DNA of 64,000 nt from Thermomonas sp. GTDB taxonomy: Bacteria > Pseudomonadota > Gammaproteobacteria > Xanthomonadales > Xanthomonadaceae. The stretch is taken from contig DATIDW010000006.1 of NCBI GenBank assembly GCA_035456065.1, forward strand, positions 6,513-70,512, written 5' to 3'. Shown in pieces: positions 43,632 through 54,297 of the stretch (position 1 is its first letter; each line of letters starts with the position of its first letter). A program made the translations under genes and the position numbers. Under the pieces are notes generated by a model. The model did no database searches. It saw only the letters and a program-made list of their open reading frames with translations, and was not told the origin of the DNA.

Positions 43632-44396
43632 CTAGAGGATCAACCAGGTCGCCAACGCCGCGCCGGCCAGCAACGCGGCGAGCAGCCAAGGCCAACGTGC
43701 ACCGGTCGTGCGCCGCGACCGCTTGGGTGCGACGACCGGCTGCCCCGGCACCAGCAACTGGAAGCGCTCCTTGTCGAAACTGATCTCGTCGCCGTGCGCG
43801 GCGCTCGCGCGGGTCACGCGCCTGCCGTTGAGCCAGGTGCCATTGGCGGATCCGAGGTCCTCCACCAGCACTTCATTGGCGGCGGGGGTCAGCCTGGCGT
43901 GCTGTCGGGAAATGCTGTCCAGTGGAATCCGCAGGCCCGCGTCTTCGGCGCGCCCGACGTTGAGGCTCGCCTGCAGCGGGAAGCTCCGGCCGAACAGGGC
44001 GCCGGACACGGCGCGCAGCGCGAACTTCGGCACCACCGGGCGCACCATCGTGGCGTTGAGGTCGCTGCCCTCGTCCCTGCCCTGGATCGTGGCCGCGCGC
44101 GGCGCCTCTTCGACGGCATCGACCAGCCTGGCCTTCACGTCGGCAAGCCGGAGCACGTCGTTGCCGCGCAGCGCGATCACGCCGTCCACCGAACGCTCGT
44201 TGACCAGCACCCGTGCGCCGGGAATGACCCGCAACCTCACCCCGTGCGCACCGACCAGCAACTCGCAGTGGAGGGGTTCGATCCCATCGTGCCCCAGGGG
44301 GATGTCGGCGTCGAGCGCCGAACCGATGCAGCAACTCCCTTCTGCCAGCGGAACTTGCGGATGTTCGCCGCCCTGGAATACCAGCTTCAATGCCAT
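43632..44396 (-). CDS. FHA domain protein with C-terminal TM anchor
   Basis: VGR..ISRQHA..DLGSANGTWLNG, plus a degenerate N-terminal FHA-like domain. Confidence 0.88.
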   Translation of the reverse strand: MALKLVFQGGEHPQVPLAEGSCCIGSALDADIPLGHDGIEPLHCELLVGAHGVRLRVIPGARVLVNERSVDGVIALRGNDVLRLADVKARLVDAVEEAPRAATIQGRDEGSDLNATMVRPVVPKFALRAVSGALFGRSFPLQASLNVGRAEDAGLRIPLDSISRQHARLTPAANEVLVEDLGSANGTWLNGRRVTRASAAHGDEISFDKERFQLLVPGQPVVAPKRSRRTTGARWPWLLAALLAGAALATWLIL

Positions 44397-44456
44397 TTGC
44401 GCGCGCTCCTCCTGTCCATGCTTGCGCTGCGGTCCCGGCGACACCACATTGGGCGC

Positions 44457-44795
44457 ATGCCGACCTTGCTGATTTTAATGATTGTGGGCGTCATCGCCTT
44501 CTTCACGTTCTCCGCGGCGCGCGCGGCGGCGGAGCGTGCCGCCGAAATCGGGCGCGATGCCTGCCTGGCCGCGGGGGTCCAATGGCTGGACCAGTCCATG
44601 CACGCCACCGGCATGCGCCTGCGCCGCAAGGAGGATGGCTGGCTCGGCTTCGAGCGCAGCTATCGATTCGATTATTCCGAGGATGGCCAGGACCGGCACA
44701 TCGGTCGCATCGTCCTGCTGGGCGACAAACTGGTCGGATTCAGTGGGCCCAGCCGCGCGGCCCAAGCGGTCGTGCGGAGTTTTCCCGGGGATTGA
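44457..44795 (+). CDS. DUF3301 family protein
   Basis: N-terminal TM, C..GVQWLDQS, RSYRFDYS.DG..R..G. Confidence 0.8.
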   Translation: MPTLLILMIVGVIAFFTFSAARAAAERAAEIGRDACLAAGVQWLDQSMHATGMRLRRKEDGWLGFERSYRFDYSEDGQDRHIGRIVLLGDKLVGFSGPSRAAQAVVRSFPGD

Positions 44796-44801
44796 TCGAC
44801 C

Positions 44802-44871
44802 GTCGGGGCAACCCTCTGTGGTTGCCCGCTCTCCCGACAAGAGCGGGGCAGGCACGGGGGCCTGCCCCTAC
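44802..44871. repeat. GTAG-type REP doublet (REPIN-like)
   Basis: GTCGGGGCAACC..GGTTGCCC and an inverted GTAGGGGCAGGC..GCCTGCCC flank an inner hairpin between convergent genes. Confidence 0.6.
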
Positions 44872-44872
44872 G

Positions 44873-45343
44873 TCACTTCACGATACGCAGGTGGCCACCG
44901 CGCCTGGGCGGTTCCGGCGGCGTGTCGGGAGTCTCGGGTTCGTGGCCTGGAGGGGTATCCACCGCTTGCCCGACCTCGACGCCATCGTCCTGTACCGGAG
45001 GGGACGCGCGCGGTTCGTCCGGCATCGCCATCCCCTGCCCGGTTTCGCGCGAATAGATGGCGATCACCGCCTCCAGCGGCACCATCACGGCCTGGCTGAC
45101 GCCGGCGAAGCGCGCGGTGAAACGAATCGCATCGTTGCCCAGCTCGAGCTTGGCCACCGCGCGCTCGGCGATGTTGAGGACGATCCTGCCATCCTTCACC
45201 GCATGCGCGGGCACGCGCACGCCGGGCATGCGCGCATCGACCAGCACGTGCGGGGTCATGCCGTTGTCGGCGATCCATTCGTACAGCGCGCGCAGCAGGT
45301 ACGGGCGCTGGCTGGACATCGCGGGCGGGGCGGGTTCGCCCAT
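44873..45343 (-). CDS. sspB: ClpXP specificity-enhancing factor
   Basis: RPYLLRALYEW, IVLNI, ARFAG; C-terminal LRIVK. Confidence 0.95.
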   Translation of the reverse strand: MGEPAPPAMSSQRPYLLRALYEWIADNGMTPHVLVDARMPGVRVPAHAVKDGRIVLNIAERAVAKLELGNDAIRFTARFAGVSQAVMVPLEAVIAIYSRETGQGMAMPDEPRASPPVQDDGVEVGQAVDTPPGHEPETPDTPPEPPRRGGHLRIVK

Positions 45344-45355
45344 CTCAGGTGACCG

Positions 45356-45991
45356 TCACAGCGGGAGGTCGCGCAGGGCCTTTTCCTGCTCGGTCAGGCT
45401 GCGCAGGAAACCGGGGTTGCGGAAGATCCGGTTGCCGTAGTCCTCGATCGCCTTGCCGTCCTTCGGCAGCGGAATGCCCAGCGACTGCAGCCGCCAGATG
45501 ATCGGGGCCATCGCGCAATCGGCCAGACTCATTTCCTGGTTGAGGAAGAACTTGCTGGCCTTGAACAGCGGAACCGAGGCGGTCAGCAGTTCCTTCAGCC
45601 GCTTGCGCGCGGCCTCCGCCTGCTGCTTGTTGCCCATCCGGATCGCCTGCACCTGCGGCACCCAGTCGTGCTCGAGGCGCAGCATCGCCAGCCGCAGGCG
45701 CGCGCGCGACAACGGGTCCACCGGCATCAGTGGCGGGTGCGGATAACGTTCGTCGAGGTACTCGCTGACCACGCTGGCCGCGTACAGCACCAGGTCGCGC
45801 TCGACCAGGGTCGGCACCGAGTGGTACGGGTTGAGGTCGATCAGGTCTTCCGGCGGATTCTGCGGGTCGACCGACACGAAATCGTAGGTGACGCCCTTCG
45901 CCGCCAGCACCAGGCGCACGCGGTGGCAGAGGACATCGTCGACCGAGGAGAACAAGGTCAGGGCATTACGCATCCGCGGACTCACTGCCAT
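45356..45991 (-). CDS. sspA: Stringent starvation protein A (GST-like)
   Basis: LNPYHSVPTLVERDL, EYLDERYPHPPLMP; lies between petC and sspB. Confidence 0.93.
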   Translation of the reverse strand: MAVSPRMRNALTLFSSVDDVLCHRVRLVLAAKGVTYDFVSVDPQNPPEDLIDLNPYHSVPTLVERDLVLYAASVVSEYLDERYPHPPLMPVDPLSRARLRLAMLRLEHDWVPQVQAIRMGNKQQAEAARKRLKELLTASVPLFKASKFFLNQEMSLADCAMAPIIWRLQSLGIPLPKDGKAIEDYGNRIFRNPGFLRSLTEQEKALRDLPL

Positions 45992-46102
45992 CATCAGGAC
46001 CACTCCTGCTCCCGGCCACGCCGGTCGCACCTGCGCCGCCCGCACGATGCGGCCGGCCGCAAAGCGTTCTTTCCCCTTGGCGCCCCGCCAACCGCCGTCG
46101 CG

Positions 46103-46846
46103 TCAGTGGACGTCCCGCCAGTATTCGTTCTTCAGCAGCCACGCGAGCAACGCGAGCAACGCGAGGAACAGGATCACCCAGACCCCCAGGCTCTCGCGCT
46201 TCAGCGCCGCAGGTTCACCGGCGTACTCGAGGAACGCGGTGATGTCGCGCGCGGTCTGGTCGAATGCCTGCGCATCCTGCGAGCCGGCCTGGCTGATGGT
46301 GAAGCCCTCGACCGGCAACTCGCCCGTCGCGGTCTTCTTGCCATGCACCGGCTGTTGCAGGCCCTGCAGTTCCCACAGCGGGTTGGGCATCGAGGCGTTG
46401 GGGAACAGCGTGTTGTTCCAGCCGACCGGACGGCTCTCGTCGAGGTAGAACGACTTGAGGTAGGTGTAGATCCAGTTGCTGCCGCGCACCCGCGCGATCA
46501 CGCTCAGGTCCGGCGGCGCCTTGCCGAACGCAGCCACGCCCATCGCCGCGGTCATCGGCGAAATGACGTGGTCGCCGATCTTGCCGCCGTTGAAGTTGAG
46601 GTTGGCCTGGACGTCCTCCTCGGACAGGCCGAGGTCTTCGCCGATACGGGCGTAGCGCACGTACTTCAGCGAATGACAGCCGCTGCAGTAGTTCATGTAC
46701 AGCTGCGCGCCACGCTGGAGCGAGGCCTGGTCCCCGAGGTCGGTGCCTGCCTGTTGCAGGTTGCCGCCGCCGCTGGCCATCGCGGTGGCAGTGAGCAGCA
46801 GGCTGGCGGCGAAGACCGCCGCGCGGGACAGCAAATTCTTAGTCAT
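46103..46846 (-). CDS. petC: Cytochrome c1
   Basis: CSGCH heme motif, PPDLS, C-terminal TM helix. Confidence 0.95.
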   Translation of the reverse strand: MTKNLLSRAAVFAASLLLTATAMASGGGNLQQAGTDLGDQASLQRGAQLYMNYCSGCHSLKYVRYARIGEDLGLSEEDVQANLNFNGGKIGDHVISPMTAAMGVAAFGKAPPDLSVIARVRGSNWIYTYLKSFYLDESRPVGWNNTLFPNASMPNPLWELQGLQQPVHGKKTATGELPVEGFTISQAGSQDAQAFDQTARDITAFLEYAGEPAALKRESLGVWVILFLALLALLAWLLKNEYWRDVH

Positions 46847-48122
46847 GCATCGTCACCCGTTCCGGCACCGGCTTGGTCCTGTCGAGCTTGGTCCAGACCG
46901 GCATGGTGATGAAGAAAGCGAAATAGAGGAAGGTCAGCACGCGGCCGATGATGGTCTCGACGGGATCGGTGCCGGGACCGGCGCCGATCTTGCCCAGCCA
47001 CAGGAAGCACACCGCGAACAGCAGCAGCATCGCCCAGCTGAGCGCGCCGCGGTAGCGGTAGGACTTGACCGGCGACTTGTCGAGCCAGGGCACCAGGAAC
47101 AGCACCGCGATGGCGCCGAACATCACCAGCACGCCCCACAGCTTGATGCCGAAGAACGAGGGCACCACGCGCAACATCGCGTAGTACGGGGTGTAGTACC
47201 ACACCGGCTTGATGTGCTCCGGGGTCACCAGCGGGTTGGCCTCGGTGAAGTTGTCGTGCTCGAGGAACCAGCCGCCGAACGCGGGCGCGTAGAAGATGAT
47301 GAACGCGGCGATGACCAGGAAGGCGCAGACGTAGAAGCCGTCCTTCACGGTGAAGTACGGATGGAACGGCACGCCATCGGCGGGCGCGGTCGGCGACCAG
47401 CGATTGCCCTTCGGCCCCTTCTTGATCTCGATGCCGTCCGGGTTGTTCGAGCCGACTTCATGCAGCGCGAAGATGTGCAGCACCACCAGCAGCAGGATCA
47501 CCAGCGGCAGCGCGATCACGTGCAGGGCGAAGAATCGGTTGAGGGTGGCATCGCCCGGGTTGTAGTCGCCCATGATCCATTCGGTCAGGCCGGTGCCGAT
47601 CACCGGGAACGCGCCGAACAGCGAGATGATCACCTTCGCGCCCCAGTACGACATCTGGCCCCAGGGCAGGACGTAGCCCATGAACGCCTCTGCCATCAGC
47701 ACCAGGTAGATCAGCATGCCCAGGATCCACACCAGCTCGCGCGGCTTCCTGTAGGAGCCGTACATCAGGCCGCGGAACATGTGCAGGTAGACCACGATGA
47801 AGAACAGCGACGCGCCTGTGCTGTGCATGTAGCGGATCAGCCAGCCCCACTCCACGTCGCGCATGATGTATTCGACCGAGGCGAAGGCTTCCGCCGCGCT
47901 CGGCTTGAAATGCATGGTCAGGAAGATGCCGGTGACGATCTGGTTGACCAGCACCACGCTGGCCAGGATCCCGAAGATGTACCAGATGTTGAAGTTCTTC
48001 GGCGCGTAGTACTCCGACATGTGCTTGCGGTAGAACGGCATCATGCCGGGCGCGCGCTCGTTGACCCAGTCCATCACGCCATTGGCGGCGTTGGTCGCGG
48101 TGCGGATGAGGATGTTCGCCAT
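46839..48122 (-). CDS. petB: Cytochrome b
   Basis: GWLIRYMH, PWGQMSYWG, TLNRFFALH, PVWY. Confidence 0.97.
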   Translation of the reverse strand: MANILIRTATNAANGVMDWVNERAPGMMPFYRKHMSEYYAPKNFNIWYIFGILASVVLVNQIVTGIFLTMHFKPSAAEAFASVEYIMRDVEWGWLIRYMHSTGASLFFIVVYLHMFRGLMYGSYRKPRELVWILGMLIYLVLMAEAFMGYVLPWGQMSYWGAKVIISLFGAFPVIGTGLTEWIMGDYNPGDATLNRFFALHVIALPLVILLLVVLHIFALHEVGSNNPDGIEIKKGPKGNRWSPTAPADGVPFHPYFTVKDGFYVCAFLVIAAFIIFYAPAFGGWFLEHDNFTEANPLVTPEHIKPVWYYTPYYAMLRVVPSFFGIKLWGVLVMFGAIAVLFLVPWLDKSPVKSYRYRGALSWAMLLLFAVCFLWLGKIGAGPGTDPVETIIGRVLTFLYFAFFITMPVWTKLDRTKPVPERVTMHD

Positions 48123-48125
48123 GGC

Positions 48126-48725
48126 TTACGCGGCCCCCTGCGGATCAACGCCGATGACCACGGTGCTGTCGTTCTCGAAGTGATACGGCGGCACCGGCAG
48201 GTTGGCCGGTGCCGGCTGCCCCTTGTACACGCGACCCGCGAGGTCGTAGCGGGACTTGTGGCAGGGGCAGAAGTAACCGCCCTTCCAGTCGGGGTCGAAC
48301 GGCTGCGGCTTGACCTCGGGCAGGTGTTCCGGGGCGCAACCCAGGTGGGTGCACACGCCGACCAGTACCGAGATTTCCGGCTTGATGGAGCGCGCGGCGT
48401 TCTGCGCGTACTTGGGCTGCTGGCTGGCATTGGCCGAACCCGGGTCCGCCAGCAGCGAATCCAGCGACTTCATGGTGTCCAGCATCGCCCCCGAACGGCG
48501 GGAGATGAAGATCGGCTGGCCGCGCCAGTTGATGACCATCTGCTGGCCCTCGGCGAGGGCGGCGATGTCCTGGCTCACCGGGGCGCCGGCGAAACGCGCG
48601 CGCGCACTGGGGCTCCAGGACTTGATGAAAGGCACCGCCGCAAAACCGGCACCGACCGCACCCACCACCGCGGTGGTCGCGGTCAGGAACCGGCGCCGGC
48701 CGGTGTTGACCTCTTCGTTGGTCAT
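48126..48725 (-). CDS. petA: Rieske Fe-S subunit
   Basis: Tat RRRFL, CTHLGC, CPCH. Confidence 0.97.
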   Translation of the reverse strand: MTNEEVNTGRRRFLTATTAVVGAVGAGFAAVPFIKSWSPSARARFAGAPVSQDIAALAEGQQMVINWRGQPIFISRRSGAMLDTMKSLDSLLADPGSANASQQPKYAQNAARSIKPEISVLVGVCTHLGCAPEHLPEVKPQPFDPDWKGGYFCPCHKSRYDLAGRVYKGQPAPANLPVPPYHFENDSTVVIGVDPQGAA

Positions 48726-48824
48726 CCCGCACTCCGAAAATAAGCTGATACACGGCTGCGGCGCCTGGCGACGCGCTGGCGCACGCTGGCCGGCCGCAAA
48801 AGACGGGGAAGTGTAACGGAACGC

Positions 48825-49793
48825 TTAACGAGCCGACAATCCGCCGGGCGAAGGCGCCGCGATCGGGTTGCCCTGTCCGCGGTAGCGATCGGCCAGCAGG
48901 CCCACCCGTTCCACGTATCGGCGCGTCTCGTTGTAGGGCGGCACGCCGCCGTACTTGGCAACCGCGCCCTCGCCGGCGTTGTAGCCCGCCGCAGCCAGGG
49001 TCAGGTTGCCGTTGAAGCGCTTCAGCAACCACGCCAGGTACTGCACGCCGCCACGGATGTTCTGGGTGGCGTCGAAGGCATTGCCCACCCCGAAGCGGCG
49101 CGCGGTCGCCGGCATCAGCTGCATCAGCCCCTGCGCGCCGACCCGCGACAGCGCGTTCGGGTTGAAGGCGGACTCGGCATGGATGATGGCGCGGACGATG
49201 GATTCATCGACCCCGTGCTCGCGCGCGGCGGCGGCGATCTCGGCCTGGTAGGCCGTGGTGTTGAGGCGCAGGGTGCGGAAATTCACCCCGGGCGTGGTGC
49301 CGCAGGCGTAGCAGGTCTCCATGTAGCTGTACCTGATGGTCTTGACCGAGGCCACCGACACCCCGCGCGGACGGGCGCTGCTGTAGGTGCGCACGCCATC
49401 CTTCATGTACGAATAGACTTGGCCGTGCACCCGCCGCGGCCCTGCCGTCGTGGTGGCTGCCACGGGTGCCGCGGCCGGGGGGCTCTGCGCGGCCGGAGCC
49501 GACACGCTTGCCGCCGGTTGCGAGGCCGCCATCGTCGCGGGCGGTACGCCACCGGGCGGCGCGGACTCGCTCCGACGCGGTTCCGGCGTCGCCCTGGCGG
49601 GTGCCGAGGCGACCTTGGGCTTGGGCGCCCGCTGCGCCTTGTAGCTTCCCACCAGCTTGCAGCTGGCGCCGGCGACGCGTTTGTTGGCGTAGGTGGTCAC
49701 CCCATCGCTGCCCTCGCAGCGATACACGTTCCCTGCCACCGCTGGCGCGGCCAGCAGCACGGTCGAGAACAGCAAGGCGCCCCATCCCTTCAT
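48825..49793 (-). CDS. Lytic transglycosylase (SLT domain) with DUF4124-like N-terminus
   Basis: AES.FNPNA.S..GAQGLMQLMPATA, YNAGEG. Confidence 0.9.
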   Translation of the reverse strand: MKGWGALLFSTVLLAAPAVAGNVYRCEGSDGVTTYANKRVAGASCKLVGSYKAQRAPKPKVASAPARATPEPRRSESAPPGGVPPATMAASQPAASVSAPAAQSPPAAAPVAATTTAGPRRVHGQVYSYMKDGVRTYSSARPRGVSVASVKTIRYSYMETCYACGTTPGVNFRTLRLNTTAYQAEIAAAAREHGVDESIVRAIIHAESAFNPNALSRVGAQGLMQLMPATARRFGVGNAFDATQNIRGGVQYLAWLLKRFNGNLTLAAAGYNAGEGAVAKYGGVPPYNETRRYVERVGLLADRYRGQGNPIAAPSPGGLSAR

Positions 49794-49937
49794 TGCGCGC
49801 AGTCTCGCCGCTTCAAATAGCGAAGACAAGCCTTTGATTTTCCTGAATGCAGCATCGCAGGACAGGGGGCCAGCCGCCATTTGCTAAGCTCCCGGCCCCA
49901 CCCGGCCCGGATTAACCGCCGCGCCCCGGAGAGCCCG

Positions 49938-51326
49938 ATGACCCATCCCGACCCGCATGCCGCGGACCTGCCCGCCGTGAACACACCGCCCCGCGGCAAG
50001 CTGTTCATCGAGACCCACGGTTGCCAGATGAACGAGTACGACTCCGCCAGGATGGCCGACGTACTGGCTGCCTCGGACGGCCTGGAACTGACCACGATCG
50101 TCGAAGATGCCGACGTTATCCTGGTCAATACCTGCTCGATTCGCGAAAAAGCGCAGGAAAAGGTGTTCAGCCGGCTGGGACGCTGGAAGGCGCTCAAGAA
50201 GGATGGCAGGCCGGTCCTGATCGGCGTGGGCGGCTGCGTAGCCTCCCAGGAAGGGGCCGCCATCGTGAAGCGCGCACCCTACGTGGACCTGGTGTTCGGC
50301 CCGCAGACCCTGCACCGGCTGCCGGACCTGATCCGTGACCGCCGGGAGTCGGGCCGGCCGCAGGTCGACATCAGCTTCCCGGAGATCGAGAAGTTCGACC
50401 GCATGCCGGAGCCGCGCGCCGATGGGGCGTCGGCCTTCGTGTCCATCATGGAAGGCTGCAGCAAGTACTGCAGCTTCTGCGTGGTGCCCTACACCCGCGG
50501 CGAGGAAGTCAGCCGTCCGTTCGAGGACGTGCTGGTCGAGGTCGCCCAGCTCGCCGCCCAGGGCGTGCGCGAGATCAACCTGCTCGGGCAGAACGTCAAC
50601 GCCTACCGTGGCCCGTACGGCGACGGCGAAATGGCCGACCTCGGCCTGCTGATCCGCACGATCGCCGAGATCGACGGCATCGGCCGCATCCGTTTCACCA
50701 CCTCGCATCCGCTGGAGTTCAGCGACTCGCTGGTCGAGGCCTACCGCGACGTTCCCAAGCTGGCCAACTACCTGCACCTGCCGGTGCAGGCCGGCAGCGA
50801 CCGCATCCTGGCGGCGATGAAGCGTGGTTACACCGCCCTCGAGTTCAAGCAGAAGATCCGCAAGCTGCGCGCGGTACGCCCGGACATCTCGATCAGCTCC
50901 GATTTCATCGTCGGCTTCCCCGGCGAGACCGATGCCGATTTCGACAAGACCATGAAGCTGATCGAGGATGTCGGCTTCGACCAGAGCTTCAGCTTCATCT
51001 ACTCGCGCCGACCGGGCACGCCGGCCGCCGACCTCGAGGACAGCGTCACCGAGGCGGAGAAGCACGCGCGCCTCGATCGCCTGCAACGGCGCATCAACGC
51101 GCACGCAGCGACGATTTCGCAGGCGATGGTCGGCAGCGTGCAGACCGTGCTGGTGGAAGGGCCGTCGCGCAAGGACCCCAACGAACTGACCGGCAAGACC
51201 GAGAACATGCGCTCGGTGAACTTCGCCGGCAATCCGCGCCTGGTCGGCCAGTTCGTCGATGTCGTCATCACCGAGGCACTGAGCAATTCGCTGCGCGGGC
51301 GGGTGGCGGTCGTCGACGCCGGCTGA
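49938..51326 (+). CDS. miaB: tRNA-2-methylthio-N6-dimethylallyladenosine synthase
   Basis: [20 protein letters not shown] radical SAM motif, TRAM domain. Confidence 0.97.
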   Translation: MTHPDPHAADLPAVNTPPRGKLFIETHGCQMNEYDSARMADVLAASDGLELTTIVEDADVILVNTCSIREKAQEKVFSRLGRWKALKKDGRPVLIGVGGCVASQEGAAIVKRAPYVDLVFGPQTLHRLPDLIRDRRESGRPQVDISFPEIEKFDRMPEPRADGASAFVSIMEGCSKYCSFCVVPYTRGEEVSRPFEDVLVEVAQLAAQGVREINLLGQNVNAYRGPYGDGEMADLGLLIRTIAEIDGIGRIRFTTSHPLEFSDSLVEAYRDVPKLANYLHLPVQAGSDRILAAMKRGYTALEFKQKIRKLRAVRPDISISSDFIVGFPGETDADFDKTMKLIEDVGFDQSFSFIYSRRPGTPAADLEDSVTEAEKHARLDRLQRRINAHAATISQAMVGSVQTVLVEGPSRKDPNELTGKTENMRSVNFAGNPRLVGQFVDVVITEALSNSLRGRVAVVDAG

Positions 51327-51494
51327 TGGCATCGAGCCGCCGCGCGTGGCTGTCCCGGCACGCGATGGCCCCGTGGTTCCCCCGCATCGCCGCGCCGGGT
51401 TCATGCGCTGGCGGCTGAAGGTCGCGCGCGAGCCCGGATCCGCGCCGGCACCCGACGCCGTGTGTGGCTGGCGGGTTCGATCGCGATGGCCGCG

Positions 51495-53180
51495 CTATGG
51501 CGTGCCCGCTGAGGCGCCCTTGCCCGCTGCGTACACCGGCCTTCCATCCACGTAGGTGGCCAGCACCGTGAGCGACTTGAGCGCGGCGTCGGGCACGGCC
51601 AACGGATCTTCGGCGAGGATCACGAAGTCGGCGCGCTTGCCGGCCTCCAGGCTGCCGACTTCGGTCTCGGCGAAACCGGCGTAGGCGGCATCGAGGGTGA
51701 AGCCACGCAGCGCCTCGTAGGCGGTGAGCTTCTCACCCGGGAACCAGCCCCCCGCCGGCTTGCCCTCGCCATCGGCGCGGGTCACCGCCGCCGACAGGCC
51801 CAGCCGGGGATCGACGCGTTCCACCGGGAAATCCGAACCCAGCGCCAGGCGCGCGCCGCTGTCGCGCAGTTGCCGCCAGGCATATGCGCCGACGATGCGT
51901 TGCGCACCGACGCGCTCCTGCGCCCACGGCATGTCGCTGGTGGCGTGGGTCGGCTGCATCGAGGCGATCACGTGCAGTTGCGCCAGCCGCGGCAGGTCCT
52001 GCAGCGCCAGGACCTGCGCATGCTCGATGCGCCAGCGGTGGCCGCCCGTCGCATCCGCGCCCAGCGCCTTCGCATAGACATCCAGGGTCTCGCGATTGCC
52101 GCGGTCGCCGATCGCGTGGGTCGCGGCCTGCACGCCGCAGCGCTTCGCCTTGGCCGCCGCCGTGGCCAGTTGCGCCGGCGACATCAGCATCAGGCCGCGA
52201 TTGCCGTGGTCGTCGCTGTAGTCGTCCAGCATCGCCGCGCCGCGACTGCCGAGTGCGCCATCCGCATACAGCTTCACCGCGCGCATCTGCAGGCGACCCG
52301 ACGGATGCCGGTACAGCCCGTTGCGGCACAGGGATTCGAGCGCCTCGCCATCGCCGTCGGCCATCGCGGTGACCCGCAGTGGCATCCGCCCGCGATCGGC
52401 GAGGCGCTGGTAGCGATGCAACTCGGCGAGGGTGATGCCGGCATCGTGCACGCCGGTCAACCCCTGCGATGCGGCGGCCTGCATCGCGATCTCGAGCGCT
52501 TGCGCGGCGGTCGCCTCGGCCAGCGCCGGGCGCGCCTGCTCGAGCAGCAGCATCGCGTTGTCGATGAACAGGCCGGTCGGCTTGCCGGCGGCATCGCGAT
52601 CGATGCGGCCGCCGTCCGGCTGCCAGTTGCCGGACAGGTCGCGCTGCACCGCGCGTATCGCCGCACTGTTCGCCCAGCCGGCATGACCATCCACCCGCGC
52701 CAGCCACACCGGTCGATCCGGGAACGCGGCATCGAGGTCGGCCGCCGTCGGGAACCGTTGTTCAGGCCAGTCGTTCTGGTCCCAGCCGCCGCCGATGAGC
52801 CACTCGCCCGGCTCCAGCGTTTTTTCGTGCGCGCGCAGGCGCTGCAGGATCCCGGCCTTGTCGCGGGTACCGACCAGGTCCGCGCTGAGCATCGCCAGTC
52901 CCAGCCCACCGACATGGGCATGGGCATCGATCAGTCCGGGCACCACGGTCGCGCTGCCGAGGTCCAGCCGGCGCGCCTGCGGATACTGCTTCGCCAGCGC
53001 GTCGACGTCGCCGACCGCGAGGATGCGCCCGTCGGCGTCGTAGGCCATCGCGCGCGCCGATGGATTGCCGACGTCCATGGTGTGGATGCGCTGCGCGGTG
53101 AGCAGGGTCGCCTCGTCGCCCGCACACGCCGGCCCCGCCGCCAGCAGGATCGCCGGCACCACCCATGCAAGCTTGCGCAT
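51495..53180 (-). CDS. Amidohydrolase 3 family (YtcJ-like), secreted
   Basis: PGLIDAHAH, DGALGSRGA, HAIGD, RIEHAQ, GSDFP. Confidence 0.9.
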   Translation of the reverse strand: MRKLAWVVPAILLAAGPACAGDEATLLTAQRIHTMDVGNPSARAMAYDADGRILAVGDVDALAKQYPQARRLDLGSATVVPGLIDAHAHVGGLGLAMLSADLVGTRDKAGILQRLRAHEKTLEPGEWLIGGGWDQNDWPEQRFPTAADLDAAFPDRPVWLARVDGHAGWANSAAIRAVQRDLSGNWQPDGGRIDRDAAGKPTGLFIDNAMLLLEQARPALAEATAAQALEIAMQAAASQGLTGVHDAGITLAELHRYQRLADRGRMPLRVTAMADGDGEALESLCRNGLYRHPSGRLQMRAVKLYADGALGSRGAAMLDDYSDDHGNRGLMLMSPAQLATAAAKAKRCGVQAATHAIGDRGNRETLDVYAKALGADATGGHRWRIEHAQVLALQDLPRLAQLHVIASMQPTHATSDMPWAQERVGAQRIVGAYAWRQLRDSGARLALGSDFPVERVDPRLGLSAAVTRADGEGKPAGGWFPGEKLTAYEALRGFTLDAAYAGFAETEVGSLEAGKRADFVILAEDPLAVPDAALKSLTVLATYVDGRPVYAAGKGASAGTP

Positions 53181-53281
53181 CCTCGTTCCCCCTTGTCGTG
53201 AAGCGCGGACATTGGCGCATGGACTCCCGGCAGGCAAGCCGTGAATGGCATGCCCACGGACGGCGCGCTACCCTTTGCGGC

Positions 53282-54268
53282 ATGCAGGCACAACGCGATT
53301 TCACCCTTGAACCCAACGACATCGAGCGACTGGCCAACCTGTCCGGCCCGTTCGATGCCCACCTGCGACTGGTCGAATTGCGGCTGGGCGTGGAGATCGC
53401 CAACCGCGGCAACGTGTTCCGCGTCAGCGGGCGCGACGCCGACGTGGCCGCACGCGCCGAACGCGTGCTCCGCCAGTTGTACGACGATGCCGCCGGCGAA
53501 GCGCTGGACGAACGCGCCATCCACCTGCGGCTGGGTGCGTATGCCGACGACGCGCAGGCCACGCAGGGCGGCCACCACGCGTCGCAGGAGATCGCGGTGC
53601 GGGTCAAGCGCGGCACCCTGCGCGGGCGCGGCGCCAACCAGCAGAAATACCTGCAGGCGATCGCCAGCCACGACATCAACTTCGGCGTGGGCCCGGCCGG
53701 CACCGGCAAGACCTTCCTGGCGGTGGCGATGGCGGTGGACGCGCTCAACCAGTCGCGCGTGCAGCGGGTGATCCTGGTGCGCCCGGCGGTGGAGGCCGGC
53801 GAGAAGCTCGGCTTCCTGCCCGGCGATCTCACCCAGAAGGTCGATCCCTACCTGCGCCCGCTGTACGACGCGTTGTGGGAGATGCTCGGCGTGGAGAAGG
53901 TGGCGCGGCTGCTGGAGCGGAACGTCATCGAGATCGCCCCGCTCGCGTACATGCGCGGTCGCACGCTCAACGATGCGTTCGTGATCCTCGACGAGGCGCA
54001 GAACACCACCATCGAGCAGATGAAGATGTTCCTGACCCGGCTCGGCTTCGGCAGCACCGCGGTGATCACCGGCGACATGACCCAGACCGACCTGCCCAGG
54101 CACGTGAAGTCGGGGCTGCGCGACGCGACCGACGTGCTGCGCGGGGTCGATGGCGTGAGCTTTACCTTCTTCGAGGCGCGCGACGTGGTCCGCCACCCGC
54201 TGGTGGCGCGCATCGTCAACGCCTACGAGGCCCGCGACGCGCGCGATGCGGCCAGCGGCGCGGCGTAG
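53282..54268 (+). CDS. PhoH family ATPase (YbeZ-like)
   Basis: GPAGTGKT, RPAVEAGEKLGFLPGD, YMRGRT, DEAQN. Confidence 0.95.
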   Translation: MQAQRDFTLEPNDIERLANLSGPFDAHLRLVELRLGVEIANRGNVFRVSGRDADVAARAERVLRQLYDDAAGEALDERAIHLRLGAYADDAQATQGGHHASQEIAVRVKRGTLRGRGANQQKYLQAIASHDINFGVGPAGTGKTFLAVAMAVDALNQSRVQRVILVRPAVEAGEKLGFLPGDLTQKVDPYLRPLYDALWEMLGVEKVARLLERNVIEIAPLAYMRGRTLNDAFVILDEAQNTTIEQMKMFLTRLGFGSTAVITGDMTQTDLPRHVKSGLRDATDVLRGVDGVSFTFFEARDVVRHPLVARIVNAYEARDARDAASGAA

Positions 54269-54297
54269 ACTGCGGCGACCGCCCGGCACGACGACCC

